From Scyliorhinus canicula (taxonomy: Eukaryota): a stretch of DNA of 64,000 nt. This document shows positions 25,660 through 39,264 of this stretch, one piece after another (the first letter of the stretch is position 1; each line of letters opens with the position of its first letter). The notes under the pieces were generated by a model. That model did no database searches and was not told where the DNA came from. It saw nothing but the letters and a program-made list of their open reading frames with translations. The stretch is from positions 12,876,185 to 12,940,184 of the forward strand of contig NC_052172.1 of NCBI RefSeq assembly GCF_902713615.1. Reading direction: 5' to 3'. The position numbers and the translations under genes are program-made.

Positions 25660-26935
25660 CTGCCTGATGGAAAGGTCTGGAAGACTACAAGCCCAGTGGT
25701 GTTCCGCAGGGATCAGTGTTTGGGCCCATGGCTGTTTGTAATTTATATCAATTATTTAGGCTTAAATGTAAATTGATCAGTAAATTTGCAGATGATACAA
25801 AAATTGGTGGGGTGGTAAATAGTGAGGAGGATAGCTTCAGATTACAGGAGGATATGGACAGACTGGTCAGATGGACTGATCAGTGGCAAATGGAATTCAA
25901 TCTGGATAGGTGTGAGGTGATGCACTTGGGTAGGACAATAGAAGGCAAAGGAATACATGATAAATGGCAAGACCCTGGGAAGCACCGAGGATCAGACACC
26001 TTGGTGTGCATGTATACCGGCCCCATAAGGTAGCAGGGCAGGTAGATAGAGTGGATAGGAAGGTATATGGTATACTTGCGTTATTAGCCGAGGCATAGAG
26101 TTTAAGAGAAGGGAGGTTATACTGGAGCTATAAAATGTTGGTTAGGCCACAGCTAACAGTATTGTGTGCAGTTCTGGAATCCACATTATAGGTGGCATGT
26201 GGAAAGGGTGCAGAGGAGATTTACCAGGATGTTGTCTGGACTGGAGAGTTTTAGCTATGAAGAGAGATTGGATAGACTGGGGTTATTTTCCTTGGAGCAG
26301 AGGAGACTGGGGGGGGGGGGGCATAATTGAAATGTATAAAATTATGAGGGGCATCAGGGCAGCATGGTGGTGCAGTGGTTGGCACGGATACCTCACGCGC
26401 CGAGGTCCCAGGTTCGATCCCGGCTCCGGATCACTGTCCGTGTGAAGTTTGCACATTCTCCTCGTGTTTGTGTGGGTATCGCCCCCACAACCCAAAGATG
26501 TGCAGGTTAGGTGGATTGGCCACACTAAATTGCCCCTTAATTGGTAAAAATGAATTGGGTACTCTAAATATCAAAAAAAAATTATGAGGGGCATAGAGTA
26601 GACATCAAGAATCGTTTCACCTTGGGGAGGGATCAATAACCAGGGGGCTTAGATTTAAGGCTAGCGGCAGGAAGTTTAGAGGGGATGCGAGGGAAAACTG
26701 TTTTACCCAGAGGGTGGTGGGAGTTTGGAACTCACTGCCTGAAAGGATGGTGGAGCAGAAATCCTCATAACATTTAAGAAGGATTTAGATGAGCACTTGC
26801 GATGCCAAGGCACACAAGGCTATGGGCCAAGTGCTGGAAAGTGGGATTAGAATAGTTAGGTGGTTGTTTTTGACTGGCACAGATCTGATGGGCCGAAGGA
26901 CCTTTTCTGTGCTGTAGACCTCTATGGCATGCTGA
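25660..26935 (+). mobile_element. Degraded CR1 3' portion containing a type-C SINE (about 26357-26580)
   Basis: [27 protein letters not shown]; the SINE is flanked by aaaattatgaggggcat (26338-26354, 26578-26594). Confidence 0.88.
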
Positions 26936-27682
26936 CGTTTGGAAAAGGGCTGCATAAACGTATTTCTATCTGGGTGGGACAAGCGGTAGAAAAAAATGCT
27001 CTGCATTTAAATAAGGACGCCAGCCCGCATCAGGAGGACGAAGGACAGGGTAATATGTTTGGTGTAATTGCAAAACTGCAAATAACAAAATTGTTGCTCT
27101 CATAAAATGATTTACTGTCTGCAGATATGCAGGTTCGGTGGGTTGCGGGAATAGGACGGGGGGGGGGGGGGGGGGGAATGTCTGGGCACAATCTGAGGGC
27201 CAGCATAGTCTTGATGGGCCAAATAGCCTCCTTCTCCACTGTAGGGATTCTATGATTAACCATCTAAGAGGAGAGTTAAGAGTCAAACACGTGGGTGTGA
27301 GATGAGAGTGACATACCTGCTAGACTGAAAAAGCTCCCTATAGAGGATAATATAGAAACACAATAATCCAATCTCTGGGCAGCCAACTTAACAGACCTGT
27401 GTTTTTTACACTTTCCATTCCTCCCTCCCCTGCCAAATTAAATTCAAACTCTCAAACTACCATGATGATCTTTGAATTCAAATTCTCGAGAATATTAGTC
27501 CAGGCATTTGGATTATTGCTTCATAACCACTACACAATATCGCAATAATGTTTTTTAATAAGTACTACCGACATTATCTTTGTAAAAGTCCAGCTGCAGC
27601 GAGCTCATTACGTCTAGTGGCCTTGTCTAGAAATGAGCTTTGCCAACTAAGGGAGGCTACTGTTCGTCTAGAAATAATTGTT

Positions 27683-28030
27683 GGGCAGCACGGTAGCATT
27701 GCGGATAGCACAATCGCTTCACAGCTCCAGGGTCCCAGGTTCGATTCCGGCTTGGGTCACTGTCTGTGCGGAGTCTGCACATCCTCCCAGTGTGTGCGTG
27801 GGTTTCCTCCGGGTGCTCCGGTTTCCTCCCACAGTCCAAAGATGTGCAGGTTAGGTGGATTGGCCGTGATAAATTGCCCTTAGAGTCCAAAATTGCCCTT
27901 AGTGTTGGGTGGGGTTACTGGGTTATGGGGATAGGGTGGAGTTGTTGACCTTGGGTAGGGTGCTCTTTCCAAGAGCCGGTGCAGACTCGATGGGCTGAAT
28001 GGCCTCCTTCTGCACTGTAAATTCTATGAT
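27683..28030 (+). mobile_element. Type-B SINE
   Basis: Full-length copy, near-identical to 21410-21767. Confidence 0.9.
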
Positions 28031-28739
28031 CTAGCATCTTCAGAAGCAGGTGCTCTGCTAAAACTCCCGAGAACTCCCTAAGTAAGAAAACCATATAAAT
28101 GTTTCAGCAAAGGCTGAAAAAAAAAAGGGTTTTCGCTTTGAGAACTGTTTAGGAGATTGCTGGGTGTTTACCTGACCAAGCCGCTGTCTTTATCTCGACT
28201 CGTAGAGTTCTGCTCTTGATTGAGTATTGAACTCCGAGGCTACGAGCCGTTGTAAGTATGAATTGTTTTTAGCTTAAGCAATTATGTAGTTAGGGAATTC
28301 AAGGGTGAACTCATCACATATCCTGTATTTGCCGAACGGTATCATTTACTAAAAACTTGTATTACCCTTATTCTTTAAATAAATTGCGTATATAATTTAC
28401 CATACAGATCCGTGTCTATTTTCATAAATAGTGTGACATTTAACTAAGGCTCATCATATTCTCACCTTGGAGGCTACTAGGGGATATCTCACCCATACTC
28501 GACTCTCAGAATAAGAAAGATTTAGTTGAAGTTAAGGATAACATAGCCCCCTAAGTGATAGTCTATCTCGTATACTGAAGGTAGTGAAAGCAAGGAACAT
28601 TGTTGACACTATAATTAGGCATCCCAAACAGCGAGTCTTACTTTAGATACTGACAAGACCTTGTCTGGTAGCTTCCAACCTCAACTAATCGGGAAGATCT
28701 TAGGTAGAATACTCCTCGACTGTCACAGTTCCAAAGCAA

Positions 28740-29640
28740 GAGAGGTTACGCCGAGGGTTTTGGAAAGGGATTTCCATCGCACTGAGCCAGGTGGCTGAAG
28801 ACATCACCATGACTTCTGGAGTACGAAGGGGTGCAAAGAAGCTAAAATTGGCGGAACGCCAAATTCTCGGATGGTGATAAGGACAGAGAATGCTGCAGAG
28901 ATAGGAAAGGGGTTGAGACAATGGATGGATTGATTTGAGCACAAGCATTGGTGGACTAACACAGGGATGTTCGGTGAAAGAGACTTCAATATTGAAATGC
29001 AATTGGCCCCAAGGATGAAGGACCTGCACTGGCCTTATACTTCAATAACATAGTAAACTCAGTCAAGGTTAATTATTGTCAGTCTGGATTTAATCAGGAA
29101 CAGATAAAGAGTATTTAACAATAAACCCATACAATTGTCTCAAAGTATAATACAAAAAAGGTACTCAGAATCCTCTCCTTCAAAGATTTGTTACAATACA
29201 TGTGATGAAGGTAATTGACGGTCTCTATCCACATAGAATGGTTCACTCCCTGTGTCATAAGCACAAGGTGTACTTTGGACATGTGATCTGCAGTATCTGA
29301 TGACTCTGGGTTTCTGGGGTTTAAGAGTATTTTTGAATTCAAGGGTGGAGAATCACTTAACCAAATTGCAGCTTAAATATCAACTTCCTATGCTCGCTAA
29401 TTTACATTGGTTCCTGGTTTTGACATTCCTGCATAGCCTCCTTTCTCTCTATCACTGTAGCATCCTCCTATAGCCCTGCTATTCTTCGAGATCTCTCCTC
29501 TCCTCCTGTGCATCCCTGATTTCCTTCAAACCTTTGGTCGTCTCGAGTTCTCCTTCTCGGGCCTCAGCTCTGAAATCCCAACACCCCCACCCCCGAACTA
29601 CCCCCTCCCCTCCCCCGCCTAAACCTCTCCACTTTAGAGA
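28740..29640. mobile_element. Two oppositely oriented, very degraded L2-like 3' fragments (about 28740-29030 -, about 29390-29640 +)
   Basis: Both carry variants of ..ctcctgtgcatccctgattt..ctctgaaatccc..aaacctctcc; family assignment from recall of L2 tails. Confidence 0.4.
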
Positions 29641-29811
29641 TACACCCTTCACTGGGTTTTCAAATTGGAGTTTGTAGTTCCCAAGTGAGATTAGGCAGGA
29701 AATACTGCAATTAATGTCAGTGAGGAATGCACAGTCACGTATTGCCCATTTGTTCTGAGTAACATGCTACCCACATAACTGATGTGTTCCTCAATACTCG
29801 TCAACTTGTCA

Positions 29812-29987
29812 GGGGCTGTTTAGCACAGAGCTAAATCGCTGGCTTTGAAAGCAGATCAAGCAGGCCAGCAGCACGGTTCGATTCCCGTAACAGCCTCCCC
29901 GAACAGGCGCCGGAATGTGGCGACTAGGGGCTTTTCACAGTAATTTCATTGAAGCCTACTTGTGACAATAAGCAATTTTCATTTCAT
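29812..29987 (+). mobile_element. Type-E short SINE
   Basis: ggggctgtttagcacag..ggttcgattcc..gcctacttgtgacaataagcaattttcatttcat. Confidence 0.8.
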
Positions 29988-30094
29988 ATCCAGAACCAAA
30001 GAGTGGCATTGTTGCTGATGGGTGCACTTTACTTGAGTTTCAACAACCTCCCCCCCCCCCAACCCTCCGGATTCACATGCAATTCTGCATTGTT

Positions 30095-32275
30095 GGTCAT
30101 CGAGGTCCACAGCACAGAAAAGGCCCTTCAGCCCATTGCATCTGCACCGGTCCAAAACAACCACCTAACTATTTCACAGTAACTTCATTGCAATGTTAAT
30201 GTAAGCCTACTTGTGACAATAAAGACTATTAAAAAGGTTATTAAATTCATTCCGTTTTCCAGCACTTGGCGGCCCATAGCTGTGTCTGCCTTGGCAAGCG
30301 CACATCTAAATACTTCTTAAATGTTATGAGGGTCTCTGCCTCCATCACCCTTTCAGGCAGCGAGTTCCAGACTCCCACCACCCTCTGGGTGAAAAGGCTT
30401 TTCCTCACATCCCCTCTAAACCTCCTGCCCCTCACCTTAAAGCTATATCCCTGGTTATTGATCCCTCCTCCAAGGAATGTTTTTTTCCTGTCTACTCTAT
30501 GTCCCTCATATTTTATACATCTCAATCATGTCCCCCCTCAGTCTCCTCTGCTCCAAGGAAAACAACCCCAGTCTGCCCAATCTCTTTTCATAGCTAAAAC
30601 TCTCCAGCCCAGGCAACATCCTGGTAAATCTCCTCGGCACCCTTTCCAGTGCTATCACATCCCTCCTATAATGTGGAGTTCAGAGCTGCACACAATACTC
30701 TAGCTGCGGCCTAACCAATGTTTTATACAGTTCCAGCATAACCTCCCTGCTCTTAAACTCTATCCCCAGGCTAACAAAGGCAAGTGTACCATCTGCCTTC
30801 TTAACCACTGCATCCATCTGCTCAGCTACCTTAAGGGATGGGTGTACATGCACACCAGGGTCCCTCTGATCCTCGGTGCTTCCCAGGGCCCTGCTGTTTA
30901 TCATGTATTCCCCTTGCCCCGTTTGTCCTGCCCATGTCCATCACCTGACATCTATCCAGATTGAATTCCATTTGACACTGATCAGCCCATCTGTCCAGCC
31001 CGTCCGTATTCTCCTGCAATCTGAGGCTATCCTATTTACCACCCCACCAATTTTTCATATCATCTGCAAACTTACTAATCAATCCTCTGACATTTAAGGC
31101 TAAATAATTTATATAAACCACAAACAGCAAGAGCCCAAACACTGATCCCTGCGGGACCCCACTAGAAACAGGCTTCCAGTCAGTAAAACACCCCTCGCCC
31201 ATCGCCCTCTGCTTCCTGCCACTCAGCCAATTCCGAATCCAATTTGCCAAATTTCCTTGGATCCCATGGCCTCCTACCTTCACCAACAGTCTTCCATGTG
31301 GAACCTTATCAAAAGCTGTGCTGAAGTCTAAGTAGACTACGTCAGATACAATTCCCTCATCTACGTACCTGTTCATTCTTCGGAAAATTCAATCAAGTTT
31401 GTCAGACTTGACCTCCCCTTAACAAAACCATGCGGACTGTTCCTGATTAATCCCTGCTCTCCAAATGCAGATCAATTCAGTCTCTCAGAATTGCTTCCAA
31501 TAGTTTCCCCACCACTGAGGTTAGACTGAGTGGCCTGTAGCTTCCTGGTGTATCCCTTCCTCCCTTCTTGAATAACGGTACCACATTGGCTCTCCTCCAG
31601 TCCGCCTGCACCTCTCCTGTGGCCAGAGAGGAATTGGAAATTATTGCCAGCACCTCAACTATTTCCTCCCTTGCCTGGGATACATTTCATCTGGCCCTGG
31701 AGATTTATCTACTTTTAAGCCTCCCAGACCACTGGAATCTCCTCTCTGTCCATGTTCATTTCCTTCATTTTATCACAGTCCTTCTCCCTGATTTCTATAC
31801 CCACATTATCCTGCACACTGCCACAAAGTATTCATTTAAAACCCTACCTACTTCCTCCGACTCCACACACAAATTACCACTGTGGCCATTAATGGGCCGT
31901 GCTCTTTCCCTAGTTATCCTTTTACCCTTAATGTACTTGTAAAACAACTTGGGATTTTCCTTTATTTTACCTGCCAGTGTCCTTTCATCTCCCCTTTTGC
32001 TCTCCCAATTTCCTTTTTGTTGCCTCTTTCATATTGTATATCCTCTAGGACTTCTTGTTGTTTTGAGCCCTCAGTATCAGCCTCCCCTTTTCTTTTTATC
32101 CAATGTCGTATAATCCCTCAAAGTCCAGGATTCACTAGATTTGTTGATTCCACCCTTTTCATTATTGGAATATGTTGGCCCTGCACTCTCCCTATTTCCT
32201 TCCTGAATGTGTCCCACTGCTCTCTCACAGATTTACCTGAAAGTGTCTGCTCCCAGTCCACTCTGGTGAGTGTTT
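30095..32275 (-). mobile_element. Degraded 5'-truncated CR1 LINE
   Basis: [44 protein letters not shown]. Confidence 0.9.
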
Positions 32276-32609
32276 CAGATGAGTCATTAATCAGGTTATC
32301 TCTCAATTTGTTCTACTGCATTGAGTAAATTAAATACTGTGCCACCCTTTGTTTGGTGATAGCAATCTCATTTGACTCAGAAACTCATGGAGGTCACACC
32401 TCACTCCAGATACTTGAGCACAAAATTGAGGCAGATACTTTAGTGCAGTACTAAGGAGTGCTGAATTGGCTGGGTATGGGGCAATTATTCAACCCCCCCT
32501 CAGTTGGACATCAAAGACGCTGCAACATGATTTCAAAGAAGACTAGAGGGGTTCTCCCTGGGGTTCTGGCCAATACTTATTGTGCAGTCCCCATCATTGT
32601 TCCTAAAAT

Positions 32610-33830
32610 GTAAGAGAGGAGAGAGTGTAAGAGAGAGATGGGAGGGTGTGATCGAGTGTGTGAATGGGAGAGGGAAGAATGTGTGAGTGAGTGTGTACAT
32701 GAGGGAAGAGTGTGTGTGTGTGTGGTAGGCTATATTAGGGGTATCACGGTACCTAGGTGGGATGCACCTTATACTGTAGTATGAATGGTAGAACCTGCCT
32801 GCTGGTTCCGCCCAGCAGGCGGAGCATAAGTGTCTGTGTTTCACCCACAGCAGTCATTCTGTACCAGAGCTGCCGGGGTAACTACTTGTTCATTAAAGCC
32901 TTCAATTGGACTCCAATCTCGCTTCAGTAGTGATTGATTGTGCATCAGTGTGTATGAGGGGGGAGTGGGTGAGTGAGTGTCAGAGGGGAGTATGAGTGAG
33001 GGAAGGAGTGTGAGAGGGAGTGTGAGTGGGTGAGGGAGAAGTGAAGAGTGGGTGTGAGAGGGAGGAGTGTGAGTGGGTGTGAGACGGAGGAGTGTGAGTG
33101 GGTGTGAGGGAAGAGTGTATGTGTGTGTGTGAGAGAGGGGAGTGTGTGAATGAGTGCCAGAGGGGAGTATGAGTGAGGGGAGGAGTGTGAGAGGGTGAGG
33201 GAGGAGAGTGAGTGGGTGTGAGAGGGAGGAGTGTGAGGCAGGAGGGTGAGTGGGTGTGAGACGGAGGAGTGTCAGTGGGAGGAGTGGGAGGGAGGAGTGT
33301 GAGAGGGAGGAGTGTGAGTGGGTGTGAGGGAAGAGTGTATGTGTGTGTGTGAGAGAGGGGAGTGTGCGAATGAGTGCCAGAGGGGAGTATGAGTGAGGGA
33401 GGAGTGTGAGAGGGTGAGGGAGGAGAGTGAGTGGGTGTGAGGGAGGAGTGTTTTGGGAGGAGAGTGAGTGGGTGTGAAAGGGAGGAGTGTGAGTGGGTGT
33501 GAGGGAGGAGTGTGAGAGGGAGAAGTGAGAGGGAGTGTGAGTGGGTGTGAGGGAGGAGAGTGTGGGTGTGAGAGAGGGGTGTGAGGGTGGAGTGTGAGTA
33601 GGTGTGAGAGGGAGGAGTGTGAGAGGGAGGAGTGTGAGAGGGAGGTGAGAGAGAGAAGTGTGAGTGGGTGTGAGGGAGGAGTGTGAGTAGGTGTGAGAGG
33701 GAGGAGTGTGAGTGAGTGAGAGGGGGACTGTGAGTGAGTGTGTGTGGGGGGGGGAGTGCAAGTCACACAGTATGTGACTAAGTGTATGTGAATGAGTGTG
33801 TGCATGTAGAGAGTCTGTGTGTGTCTGACT
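32610..33830. repeat. Cryptic (GAGTGT/GAGG) low-complexity satellite with internal higher-order duplication
   Basis: Recurrent gagggaggagtgtgagtgggtgtga; the block near 33090-33230 is repeated near 33310-33440. Confidence 0.9.
32721..32947 (+). mobile_element. Small solo LTR inserted in the GT-rich repeat
   Basis: tgtggtag...attaaag...gattgtgcatca; the 3' end resembles the other LTR ends here (gcatca). Confidence 0.6.
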
Positions 33831-34416
33831 CACTAACAGTTTCAGGGTACTCCTTCGCCTTCACCCCCACCCAGTGGGTGAGAGTTAGTGAGTGAGCACC
33901 CGAGACCAGGAGTGAGCCACACACACCTTCTCACACCCAATGGTCATCTCTATTTACTCATTTGAAAAAAAACCATCATCAGTTTATTGCTTTGACATTG
34001 TTTTGATCAGCAAGTTGTTCTTTATTTTTGAAATTCACATTTAATGTGCCAAACCGTATCTTTCCAAAATTTGCTCATTAACCTTTGATTGAGGCAAATA
34101 ATTGAAATTTGCCTCCCTGTTTACACACACCCTGTGAAAAGGACAGATACGCTGGAATTACAACATCCTGAGATGGTGATTGATGCTCCATTAATACAAG
34201 ACCTTCCTTTTACCACTAGTAACAGAATAACTCGGCAATTTGTAAATCATTTCCACTGTAATCATCCCTACTGAGAGAACGACTACAGGAACAGTTAGTC
34301 TAACTTGACGAGAGAGATGAGCAATGGGTCACTGGGCGGAGTGCTCCGGTCATCGTGATTCACTTTTTCAGTTGCAGCGCACCCCCCGCCCAGGGGTTTC
34401 CCGGCGGTGTGGGGTG

Positions 34417-34671
34417 GTTACTGTGAAAATCCCCTCGTCGCCACATTCCGGCGCCTGTTCGGGTACACGGAGGGAGAATTCAGAATGTCCAATTCACCTA
34501 ACAGCACGCCTTTCTGGACTTGTGGGAGGAAACCAGAGCTCCCGGAGGAAACCCACGCAGACACGGGGAGAACATGCCGACTCCGCACAGACAGTGACCC
34601 AAGCCGGGAATCGAACCTGGGACCCTGGCGCTGTGAAGCAACAGTGCTAACCACTGTGCTACCGTGCCGCC
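34417..34671 (-). mobile_element. Type-D SINE
   Basis: V-domain plus tail cccgaacaggcgccggaatgtggcgac..ttttcacagtaac. Confidence 0.8.
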
Positions 34672-35381
34672 CATGTGCAGGGTAGGTGGATTGGACACAC
34701 TAAATTGCCCCTTGACTGGAAAAAAAATATTTGGATGATCTACATTAAAAGAGAATAATCCTGGCTTCCCTAGTTTCCTAACATTACTGATTCTCAATAC
34801 GCATTGGCAAATACATCATGTTCCTTGCTCAATTTGACATTTTCGAGGAGCTAAACAACAAATTGACTTGAAATATCTCCACACCACTCTCATTTTCCGA
34901 CTTTGTTAATTACAAAACGTCTGACACAGCTATGACTAGTTAAATGAATGTATTAGGCAGGATGCATCAGCCATTAACTACACCCCAATTTACACCCTGC
35001 CACATTGGATGAGTGGTTTAACACTACTCACTGTAAATTAAAACACCTAACTTTCCAAACCCGTCGCCTATATACAGCTGTGAGTCTGAATAGGAACAGT
35101 CAGTCCCATTTCTCTGTTCACACACAGCTGGTGAATTTCTTTTGCTGTGGGTTGATTTTGAGAGTTCCCCCCCCCCCCCCCCCCTTTCAAGTCTTGCAAG
35201 GAATAAAGTTTTATTGGTGAAAAGTTCACATTTTAGGCTCACAAATTTAATTCAGACAGATAGAAATGACTCCGAGAGCAAGGCGCCCATGTACGCCGAT
35301 CAGGGAATGTCTTCCTGTAGGTACAGCAAGCAATTTGGGTGGGAAAAGGGGTATGTTTGCTATTATTAAAAGGGATTGGAA

Positions 35382-35610
35382 TCGGGACAGCACGGTGGCG
35401 CAGAGGTTAGCACTATTGCCTGCGGCGCTGAGAACCCGGGTTCGACACCGGCCCCGGGTCACTGTCTGCGTGGCGTTTGCACATTCTCCCCGTGTCTGCG
35501 TGGGTTTCGCCCTCCACACAACCCAAAGATGCGGTCAGGTGGATTGGCCAGGCTAAATAAATTCCCCCTCAATTGGGAAAAAAATAATTGTGTCCTCTAA
35601 ATTTATTTTA
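35382..35610 (+). mobile_element. Type-C SINE with long TSD
   Basis: Flanks aaaagggattggaatcg / aaagggggattggattcg. Confidence 0.8.
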
Positions 35611-37000
35611 AAAGGGGGATTGGATTCGAAGAATAAAGAGATTGTCCTGCAATTATTAGTCCTCTGTGAAACCACAGTTGGAGTACTGCACACAGTTTTG
35701 GTTTGCATACACAAGCAGGGAGAATGTGTCCCCCCCCCCACCCCACCCCCAGCTGGGGAGTCTAAAACAAAGGGGGAGGGGGGAGCACAGTTTCAGAATA
35801 AGGGATCAGCATACTGGACGAAGATGAAACAAATCAATGCTGCCCTCCAAGGGTTCAGAACCTATGGAATTCTCCACTACAGCAAGTTATGGATCCTTAG
35901 TCGTTGGGTGTATTTAGAGGTTGATATATTTTTGGCTGCTGAAGGGAATTAAGGGATATGAAGATAGTGCAGGAAGATGGGAGTTATGATCAACTATTGA
36001 ATGGCAGAGGACCAAATGACCTCCTCTTGCTCGTAAGGAAGAGTATGTTGGTCTTATGTTCTCATTTGCTGGAGGTGCAGGGTGCTGTATTTAACCTTGA
36101 AACCCGGGTCCACTGCCAGTCAGCAAGAGACAGAGAAAGATCCAGACTCTGGCAGTGGTGGACAGAAGAACTGGGAAGTTGATTTCTACAATTTAGAGGA
36201 ACGATAAGGAAAACTCTTGCAGGCCCTCAAGCCTGCTCCGCCATTCAATGAGATTATGGCTGATGTGTGGCCTAACTCCACGTGCTTGCCTTTGACCTAT
36301 AGCCCTTAATACATATGCTTAAACATTTTTTTCTATCTCAAAATTTAAATTAACAACAGATCTAGCATCAATTGCCATTTGTTGAAGAGGGTTCCGACCT
36401 CTACCACCCTTTGAGTGTGGAAGTTCTTCCAAACATCTCTCCCGAATGGTCTGGCCCTAATTTTTAGACAATACCCCCCCCCCCCCCCTCCCCCCCCCCC
36501 CCCCCAATTCTAGAATATCAACCAGTGTAAACAGTTTATCTTTATCTACTTTTCCTGCATTTTGTCACTCGGAGTGATCGCTATCTGGGACACACTCTAG
36601 GAAGGGGAGTGAGGCAGAAACTCAGGAATCACTGCTGTGGAATTTAAATGCATACAGAAAAGAGTAGAATGGTGTTTACGATTGCAATAAGGAAGATGGG
36701 TACAGTTACTTCCCTCATCACTGAAACTCTTCACAAGAGGCTAACAGTAGGGTCTCTGGTGTAGAATGCCTATTGGGGCCAGACGCAATTAGCAGGCCAA
36801 GATTTCTAACTAGTCGACAGAACAGCCTTGAGGGGCTGAATTGCAAGCCTCTCTCCCTATTTTCAGAAAAAAACAGCTTGATAAATAAACTAGATCAAAG
36901 ATCAAGTCAAATATTTGGGTCAGCACTTGATACTGAATGAATGAAATAGCAGAGCTTCCTCCACTGCCTTAACCAGACAGTTAAGAATGTTCCTGCTCAG

Positions 37001-38166
37001 AGCAGCACGTTGGCGCAGTGGGTTAGCAAAGCAGCCTCACGGAGCCGAGGTCCCAGGTTCGACCCCGGCTCTGGGTCACTGTCCGTGTGGAGTTTGCACA
37101 TTCTCATGGTGTTAGTGAGGCCACACCTGGAGTATTGTGTTCAGTTTTGGTCTCCTTACCTGAGAAAGGACGTACTGGCGCTGGAGGGTGTGGAGAGGAG
37201 ATTCACTAGGTTAATCCCAGAGCAAAGGGGTTGGATTACGAGGAGAGGTTGAGTAGACTGGGACTGTACTCGTTGGAATTTAGAAGGATGAGGGGGGGAT
37301 CTTATAGAAGCATATAAAATTATGAAGGGAATAGATAGGATAGATGCGGGCAGGTTGTTTCCACTGGCGGGTGAAAGCAGGACTAGGGGGCATAGCCTCA
37401 AAATAAGGGGAAATAGATTTAGGACTGAGTTTAGGAGGAACTTCTTCACCCAAAGGGTTGTGAAGCTATGGAATTCCCTGCCCAGTGAAGCAATTGAGGC
37501 TCCTTCATTAAATGTTTTCAAGATAAAGATAGTTTTTTGAAGAATAAAAGGATTAAGGGTTATGGTGTTCAGGCCGGAAAGTGGAGCGGAGTCCACAAAA
37601 GATCAGCCATGATCTCATTGAACGGTGGAGCAGGCTCGAGGGACCTACTCCTGCTCCTAGTTCTTATATTCTTATGTTTGCGTGGATTTCGCCCCCACAA
37701 CCCAAAGATGTGCAGGGTAGGGGATTGGCCACGCCAAATTACCCCTTAGTGGGGAGCGCGATAGCACAAATGGATAGCACTGTGGCTTTACAGCGCCAGG
37801 GTCCCAGGTTCGATTCCCCACTGGGTCACTGTCTGTGCGGAGTCTGCACGTTCTCCCCGTGTCTGCGTGGGTTTCCTCCGGGTGCTCCAGTTTCCTCCCA
37901 CAGCACCCCACTTAAGCCCACACCTCCACCCTAGCCCCGTAACCCAGTTACCCCCACCTAACCTTTTTGGACACATTTAGCGTGGCCAATCCACATAACT
38001 GGCACATCTTTGGACTGTGGGAGGAAACCGGAGCGCCCGGAGGAAACCCACGCAGACACGGGGTGAACGTGCAGACTCCGCACAGACAGTGACCCGAGGC
38101 CGGAATTGTACCCGGGCCCCTGGCGCTGTGAGGCAGCCATGCTAACCACTGTGCCCACCGTGCCGC
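37001..38166. mobile_element. Type-C SINE split by a CR1 3' fragment (about 37105-37676), followed by two further SINE pieces
   Basis: [15 protein letters not shown] and RRNFFTQRVVKLWNSLP lie inside a SINE that resumes tgtttgcgtggatttcgcccccacaac. Confidence 0.85.
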
Positions 38167-38817
38167 AGGTTTCTGCATATCTACCAGTTCCTGGGGAAAC
38201 CATACACCTTCACAAGAGGCACTTGTTTCAGCAGAAAATGGGGAGAGCATTAAAGGAGCTGGAAGTCTCAGCCCAGCTCCAATTTCCATCTCAGAATTTA
38301 TTTATCCCGTGCTCGACCGAGGGTCGATCCAGGACATCGATGTCTTCACAATTTCAGAATGTCAGATTTCAATGCCAAACGCCCTACTCCTGCTGGTATT
38401 TGTTACCCAAATCTTGGACCATTATATTTATTGACAATGGGAGGGGGCGGAGGAATGACATTTTTGACCTAAAGCCCATAGGTTGCAATTCACCGGGTAA
38501 CACTGACGTGTAGGCAGAAGCTTAGATTTTTAAATAAAGTAATTGTCAGTGAAAGGGAAGTTGAGGTAAATTTTAAATGCTTCCAACGTAGGAAATAAGG
38601 CAACCAATTTACCCACTGTGAGCTCCCATAATTGCAATGTAATAAAGACCAGATAATCTGCTTCAGTGATTCTAGGTCAGGGATAAATATCAGCCAGGAC
38701 ACAAGGAGAACCTCCCTACTCCCTTCTTCAAAAATACTGCAATAGGATCTTTCATATTCAACCAAGAGAGAAGGCAAAGAGTCGGCTTAGTATTCAAGCC
38801 AAATGTCTGAGGTACAG

Positions 38818-39163
38818 CATAGAACATAGAACAGTACAGCACAGAACAGGCCCTTCGGCCCTCAATGTTGTGCCGAGCCATGATCACCCCACTCAAACCC
38901 ACGTATCCACCCTATACCCGTAACCCAACAACCTCCCCCTTAACCCTACTTTTATTAGGACACTACGGGCAATTTAGTATGGCCAATCCACCTAACCCGC
39001 ACATCTTTGGACTGTGGGAGGAAACCGGAGCACCCGGAGGAAACCCACGCACACAGGGGGAGGACGTGCAGACTCCACACAGACAGTGACCCAGCCGGGA
39101 ATCGAACCTGGGACCCTGGAGCTGTGAAGCATTTATGCTAACCACCATGCTACCCTGCTGCCC
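38818..39163 (-). mobile_element. Type-A SINE
   Basis: Full-length copy with (ttctatg)n tail. Confidence 0.9.
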
Positions 39164-39264
39164 CACGCATCTACACGCTGAAGTATCAGTCTGGAATGGG
39201 ACCAGAACTCTCAACTTTCTGATACATAACAGAAGAGATAGGACAAAGTGCGATAGAGTCAGAG

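Noticed and set aside
32841-33833. 330-aa His/Thr/Pro/Leu-rich ORF
   Set aside because: Translation of a low-complexity satellite that lacks stop codons by composition.
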